From Promethearchaeota archaeon (GTDB lineage Archaea; Asgardarchaeota; Odinarchaeia; Odinarchaeales; JBHLKK01): DNA of 12,004 bases. How positions within the stretch are numbered: position 1 is the first letter of the stretch; each line of letters opens with the position of its first letter. The stretch lies in NCBI GenBank assembly GCA_048939465.1, contig JBHLPL010000060.1, positions 1 through 12,004 on the forward strand, in the 5' to 3' direction. A program made the translations under genes and the position numbers. Below the pieces are notes generated by a model, which saw only the letters and a list, made by a program, of their open reading frames with translations, had not been told where the DNA came from and searched no databases. Below are positions 8,210 through 12,004 of the stretch, piece by piece.

Positions 8210-9312
8210 CAACTAGTTTCCTTTCTCCTTGACTCCCATCGCAATTTTTCTTTCCAAATGATTTCGTCCTGCTTTGCTTTGAAGGAGATGCATAATGGGA
8301 GCAAATCCCCAAAGTCCTTTCTCTGATTAGCACACGGCGTATTTTCTCCAAGCTTATGATTTCTAGTTTCATTGGTACTCGTTTCATCCCACGATATTTG
8401 GTTTCCAAAAAGCCTTGCTACCCCGTAGGGCGTGCCTATCATTAATGCACAGACACGGAGTACGCCATTTGGATGTATAAGAACCCGCTCGCCCATTTTC
8501 ACCGGACAATAACCGTAGTATTCTGGCTGGTTGGCAAACTCTTCTTTGGTTATAAATCGCTGAGGAATTCTGACTATAATCTTGTACAATCCATCCTCTA
8601 GATTCTGCTTTATTTCATCGTGAACGCGTAACCACTCATCCGGTTGAATATCTGCATCACCTATCCACGTATCTCTGGGAACGCCCATTTTGAAAAGAGG
8701 GTGGAAATTTATCCTATACACACCTAAAGACTCAGCGAACAGGATCAGTCTATGGAGGATCAGGGCTCCTTTGTTATCTCTACCAATGTTCTCTTTATGA
8801 GCACAACAAGTTATATCGACCCTATAACCGAGTTGTACAGCTGCCTTCATATTCCCCACACACCTGTCAAAAACCCTTTCACCCCTAAGCAAATCCGTGA
8901 TTTCGGAGCTATCCGAATCCAAACTAAAGGTTATCTCGTCAAGCATTCTAAATTCCTTCTTATGCAAGAGAGATTCTTCAAATGAACCGTTGGTATCAAT
9001 ACGCACGTACTCGTAACCTAAGTCTTTGGATGCAGATATTAAATCCAGTAAAGGCCTCCAGCTGTTGGAAGCTCCGTACAGTGTTGGTTCTCCCCCTATT
9101 ATCGTTAGCTTTGACGCTCCCATTTCTCTAAAATCAGAGATGACGTTGATCGCCGTTCGTACAGGTATTTCCTTCTCTCTAAGTTGGAAAGTGAGATCTG
9201 GTTTATAGAGGCAATAACTGCACCTGAGGTTACACTCATCGGTAAGGTAGAGAAACACTTGCTTTAAACCTTTGAAGTATTCCTTACACCTCAGATCTAC
9301 ATCAAAATACAT
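8209..9312 (-). CDS. Radical SAM protein with C-terminal SPASM/twitch-like Cys region (~367 aa; start revised from 9360 to ATG 9312)
   Basis: CNLRCSYC (CxxxCxxC), IIGGEP, DTNGS, FSLDS; C-terminal YCPVKMGERVLIHPNGVLRVC...TPC...LPLC. GGAGG precedes ATG 9312, giving an 11-nt overlap with nfo. Confidence 0.88.
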   Translation of the reverse strand: MYFDVDLRCKEYFKGLKQVFLYLTDECNLRCSYCLYKPDLTFQLREKEIPVRTAINVISDFREMGASKLTIIGGEPTLYGASNSWRPLLDLISASKDLGYEYVRIDTNGSFEESLLHKKEFRMLDEITFSLDSDSSEITDLLRGERVFDRCVGNMKAAVQLGYRVDITCCAHKENIGRDNKGALILHRLILFAESLGVYRINFHPLFKMGVPRDTWIGDADIQPDEWLRVHDEIKQNLEDGLYKIIVRIPQRFITKEEFANQPEYYGYCPVKMGERVLIHPNGVLRVCALMIGTPYGVARLFGNQISWDETSTNETRNHKLGENTPCANQRKDFGDLLPLCISFKAKQDEIIWKEKLRWESRRKETS

Positions 9313-10204
9313 CCTCAAAGCCCTCCAATACCAACTGGTCTGGATATTTTCTCTTTTCACTTATGTGACCCTTCGTGTGTCTTAGCCTTCGAAGAAACTC
9401 CAAGTTATCTTTGCTTCGTTCGTCTCTTTCAGGAATTTCCAGTATCTTAGGAATATGAGCGAGACGATTGTCCTTGACAATCGCATGGAAAACCTGTGTC
9501 CCCAGAAAACCCTCTCCGATACATGCGTGGCGATCCACTCGAGCCCCCAGCGGGGCACTGGAGTCATTCATATGTATGACTCTGAGCTCGTCCAGTCCGA
9601 TGATCTCATCAAACCTCTTAAGCACACGTTCATAACCGTCATATCCCGCAATATTATATCCTGCTGCAAATACGTGGCAGGTATCTAAACAGATTGCCAT
9701 AAACTGGCGTTTTTCCACTCTAGATAAGATGTATGCTAGCTCTTCAAATCGTGAGCCAATCATGTCCCCTTGCCCAGCAACGGTCTCTAACAAAACCATT
9801 ACCTTTGATTCATCGATATCCTTGAACACCGCATTCAGTCCTTCGACAATCAGCCGCATCCCATCTTTTCTGTCAGGATTACTTCCAGGGTGTAATATGA
9901 GATAGGCGACACCGAACCGATTCGCTCGCTCGATCTCAGTGGCCAACCTGCGGATGGACTTTAGCCTTAGTTCCTGATTTAGAGACGCGAGATTCACCAA
10001 ATACGGGATGTGCCCAACCACAACTTTCACCCTGCTTTTTTGCCAGGCGGTGTTGAATCTCAGAATTTCTTCGTCCTGCAGTTCTGGAACAACCCACGTC
10101 CTAGAGGGAGAAACGTAGATTTGAATGCAATCGCATGCCCATTTATCAGCATATTTAAAGCCTATGGGCAGACCTCCTACAGTTGGAACATTTGATCCTA
10201 GCAT
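9302..10204 (-). CDS. nfo: Endonuclease IV (AP endonuclease family 2), 300 aa
   Basis: All nine metal-ligand positions present: GHIPYLVNL, LHPGS, LLET.AGQG, LDTCH, IHMNDS, VDRH, ILEIP. Overlaps the kinase stop by 7 nt. Confidence 0.92.
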   Translation of the reverse strand: MLGSNVPTVGGLPIGFKYADKWACDCIQIYVSPSRTWVVPELQDEEILRFNTAWQKSRVKVVVGHIPYLVNLASLNQELRLKSIRRLATEIERANRFGVAYLILHPGSNPDRKDGMRLIVEGLNAVFKDIDESKVMVLLETVAGQGDMIGSRFEELAYILSRVEKRQFMAICLDTCHVFAAGYNIAGYDGYERVLKRFDEIIGLDELRVIHMNDSSAPLGARVDRHACIGEGFLGTQVFHAIVKDNRLAHIPKILEIPERDERSKDNLEFLRRLRHTKGHISEKRKYPDQLVLEGFEDVF

Positions 10205-10845
10205 AATTGTTTTCTTCTCTTAGTAATGATTTTCTTAACCTCATTCCACACATTTTCAAAGACTACTTCAACTGGGAAGTTTGCGTCGAGTACCTTAATC
10301 CTTGTTGGGTATTTTCTTGATTGCGATAGATATCCTTCTCTTATCTTCCTGTGAAAATTCAGGGGTTCCATCTCGATGCGATGCTTCAATTGATTGCTAA
10401 TACGATTCAGTGCAATTCGAGGATCTATGTCTAATAGAATAGTAAGGTCCGGTTTTATACCATCAGCTACCACACTATTGATGTTCTCCAATAACTCCAT
10501 GGGTAATTTACGACCAAAACCTTGAAATGCAATGAAAGCATCTGTAAATCGCTCGCACACGACCACTCGGCGTTGACTAAGATTTGGTTTGATTATTTCT
10601 ATAACGTTCTGGTGGCGTGCGGCAGCTACGAGTAGTGCTTCCACCAAATAACTAATGCGCTGTTGTGTTAGCTCTAGATTGATCCTTCGCAACTCGCGTC
10701 CTACTACGGTACCAGTCTGGTCGTTTGTCCCAACCACGTTCAAGCCCAAGCTACGTAATTTTCCGACTATGAGAGATGCAATGCTACTTTTTCCACAACC
10801 ATGTCCGCCCTCAAGGGTAATAAACAAACCATTCTTTCTACTCAC
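10198..10845 (-). CDS. tmk: Thymidylate kinase-family P-loop kinase, atypical active site, 215 aa (GTG start)
   Basis: FITLEGGHGCGKSS, EALLVAAAR, VVCERF...AFQG, PDLTILLD, RIE motifs; TAAGGT upstream of GTG. The symbol denotes family only; dTMP specificity is doubtful. Confidence 0.82.
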   Translation of the reverse strand: MSRKNGLFITLEGGHGCGKSSIASLIVGKLRSLGLNVVGTNDQTGTVVGRELRRINLELTQQRISYLVEALLVAAARHQNVIEIIKPNLSQRRVVVCERFTDAFIAFQGFGRKLPMELLENINSVVADGIKPDLTILLDIDPRIALNRISNQLKHRIEMEPLNFHRKIREGYLSQSRKYPTRIKVLDANFPVEVVFENVWNEVKKIITKRRKQLC

Positions 10846-10855
10846 TGGACTTACC

Positions 10856-11446
10856 TTAAACTTCTAATATCGCGTTCAATTCTTCTTCCAATTGTGTAGC
10901 GGAATAAAAAATAATGGTTATCATCCCAAGTCTTCTAGCAGTCTTAAGGTTAGGTTCCCTATCATCAATAAAAACACACTGCTCAGGCAATATCTTCAGC
11001 TTTTGAAGGACTGTTTTATAAAGATTTATATCCGGTTTTGCAATTTTCTCTGTGAAAGACGTGAAGATGAAATCGAAATTGTGAGCGAGCCCATAAAAAT
11101 TAAGAATGTGGTTAAACCAATGTTCTAAGTGGTTAGACAGAATTCCAACATTGTACTTTTTTCTCAACGCCTTGATGATTCGTAATACATCTGCATTTGG
11201 TTGAAAGAAGGAGTAAGCAATTCTTTGTATTTCCTCTTTTGAGATCCTACATATTGTTGCTAACGACTTCCAATACTGCTCATCATCAATAGCTTTCACT
11301 CTGGCCTTCAACCAGAATTGCAATGTATATCTATTTATCTTGTCCCAGGAAACCCCACATCTACGTGAAAGCATTTGATAAAGATTGGGGCACATCGCCG
11401 GATTTACAACAACTCCGTCAAAATCAAAAATGATTCCATTAACCAT
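10856..11446 (-). CDS. HAD-superfamily (IA) phosphatase, ~196 aa (start revised from 11515 to ATG 11446)
   Basis: Motif I IIFDFDGV, motif II LSN, motif III KP, motif IV FIDD. The extra 23 residues of the longer ORF are atypical and cross a hairpin. Confidence 0.87.
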   Translation of the reverse strand: MVNGIIFDFDGVVVNPAMCPNLYQMLSRRCGVSWDKINRYTLQFWLKARVKAIDDEQYWKSLATICRISKEEIQRIAYSFFQPNADVLRIIKALRKKYNVGILSNHLEHWFNHILNFYGLAHNFDFIFTSFTEKIAKPDINLYKTVLQKLKILPEQCVFIDDREPNLKTARRLGMITIIFYSATQLEEELNAILEV

Positions 11447-11465
11447 ACGCTCATAATTCCCCACA

Positions 11466-11487
11466 CAGCACAAACTCAGTTGTGCTG
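11466..11487. promoter_or_regulatory. Perfect 8-bp inverted repeat in the operon leader (operator or RNA hairpin)
   Basis: CAGCACAA-actcag-TTGTGCTG, lying between the promoter and ATG 11446. Confidence 0.4.
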
Positions 11488-11529
11488 ACAAAAAGTAACG
11501 GTATACGGACCGCACGTGAACTCAGCTTC

Positions 11530-11559
11530 ATAATACCATCTCCATAAGTGAGAAGTCAA
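11530..11559 (-). promoter_or_regulatory. Sigma70-type promoter (extended -10) for the HAD-tmk-nfo-rSAM operon
   Basis: Minus strand TTGACT (11559-11554) - 18 nt - TATTAT (11535-11530), with TGn immediately before the -10; directly downstream of the upstream gene's terminator. Confidence 0.7.
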
Positions 11560-11587
11560 TACCTGAAGTCCCCCTCCAGCAAGGCAC

Positions 11588-11618
11588 AAAAAAGGAAGTA
11601 GATTTTCTACTTCCTTTT
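11588..11618 (-). terminator. Intrinsic terminator of the PD-(D/E)XK gene
   Basis: Minus strand GGAAGTAGA-aaa-TCTACTTCC-TTTTTT, starting ~13 nt after the TAG at 11628-11630. Confidence 0.8.
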
Positions 11619-11921
11619 CCAAAAGAACTAATTCCCTCTCCAGACCTTGCACTGCCCAGAATACTCACAATCCTTGCACATAAAGCTTGACCTTGGAAAG
11701 AAGACCCGTGACCTGATGCCCCTCAGAATCTGGCTGGCAAGGTGAAAGAACCGCTGATAATCCAACTTTTTTGCCTGCTTCTCCAAGGTGATAATCCTTG
11801 GTTTCTTTGTCTTAACGAGATCAACCAGTTTGAGCAGTCTCGGGGCCTTACGATAAAGCATCTCATAAGCATAACTATAAGCAGTCAACTGGAGATGGTC
11901 CTCTATACCCCTTGAATTCAT
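11588..11921. repeat. Direct repeat copy B (334 bp), homologous to 7874-8209
   Basis: Same manual alignment as copy A. Confidence 0.9.
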
Positions 11922-12004
11922 AGCTTGGTTGGACGTTTTAAATTCCGTGATGATATCGTCTTTCTCAATCAGATCGATGTAGCCTTCAAGATTAATATCT
12001 AGTC
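11628..12004 (-). CDS. PD-(D/E)XK nuclease, Cas4/RecB-like (C-terminal part; 5' end beyond the window)
   Basis: The frame stays open upstream of ATG 11921 to the edge: LDINLEGYIDLIEKDDIITEFKTS (G-x-I-D...E-F-K-T), HLQLTAYSYAY (QLxxY), C-terminal CKDCEYSGQC. Confidence 0.87.
   Translation of the reverse strand, partial: LDINLEGYIDLIEKDDIITEFKTSNQAMNSRGIEDHLQLTAYSYAYEMLYRKAPRLLKLVDLVKTKKPRIITLEKQAKKLDYQRFFHLASQILRGIRSRVFFPRSSFMCKDCEYSGQCKVWRGN

Larger units (their letters stand above)
2234..12004. mobile_element. Probable serine-integrase-associated island carrying defence cargo; boundaries not visible
   Basis: Co-location of a large serine recombinase, Sir2-HerA, a duplicated nuclease 3' end and a cargo operon. 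No att sites identified. Confidence 0.35.

Noticed and set aside
8209-9312. Calling the radical SAM gene a prokaryotic viperin, MoaA or PqqE
   Set aside because: Family-specific motifs are not recognisable; only generic rSAM and SPASM-like features are supported.
9313-9360. Longer rSAM start (GTG 9360), and likewise the longer HAD start at 11515
   Set aside because: 9360 gives a 59-nt overlap with nfo and has no SD; 11515 adds 23 atypical residues before motif I, which normally lies near the N-terminus.
495-11128. The other short ORFs in the track (e.g. 495-713, 948-1193, 1512-1748, 2133-2357, 3964-4149, 7847-8176, 8109-8408, 10892-11128)
   Set aside because: They are antisense or out-of-frame shadows of well-supported genes or structured DNA, with no motifs or SD support.
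1-12004. CRISPR array, rRNA, tRNA or IS element
   Set aside because: No regularly spaced repeats, RNA-gene signatures, transposase motifs or terminal inverted repeats seen.

Overview
Accessory, defence-island-like window of a bacterial genome (taxon not determinable). Left: a long minus-strand gene missing from the ORF track (1545 to <1, GTG start) encoding a secreted PQQ-type beta-propeller + PKD protein, preceded by a 128-nt three-hairpin leader whose G-U pairs work only on the gene's strand. Then a large serine recombinase (2234-3868, +), a convergent 60-aa ORF, and an intact coupled Sir2-HerA anti-phage pair (4231-7703, +). Right: a tightly coupled minus-strand operon HAD phosphatase - atypical thymidylate kinase - endonuclease IV - radical SAM/SPASM-like enzyme, with its own sigma70 promoter. 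The operon sits between two diverged ~335-bp direct repeats (~73% identical by manual alignment), each being the 3' end of a Cas4/RecB-like PD-(D/E)XK nuclease gene plus its terminator. The left copy is a frameshifted remnant; the right copy belongs to a gene running off the window edge. This operon is the best candidate for an undescribed system, possibly a modified-nucleotide defence pathway with a self-protection nuclease. That function is inference only.
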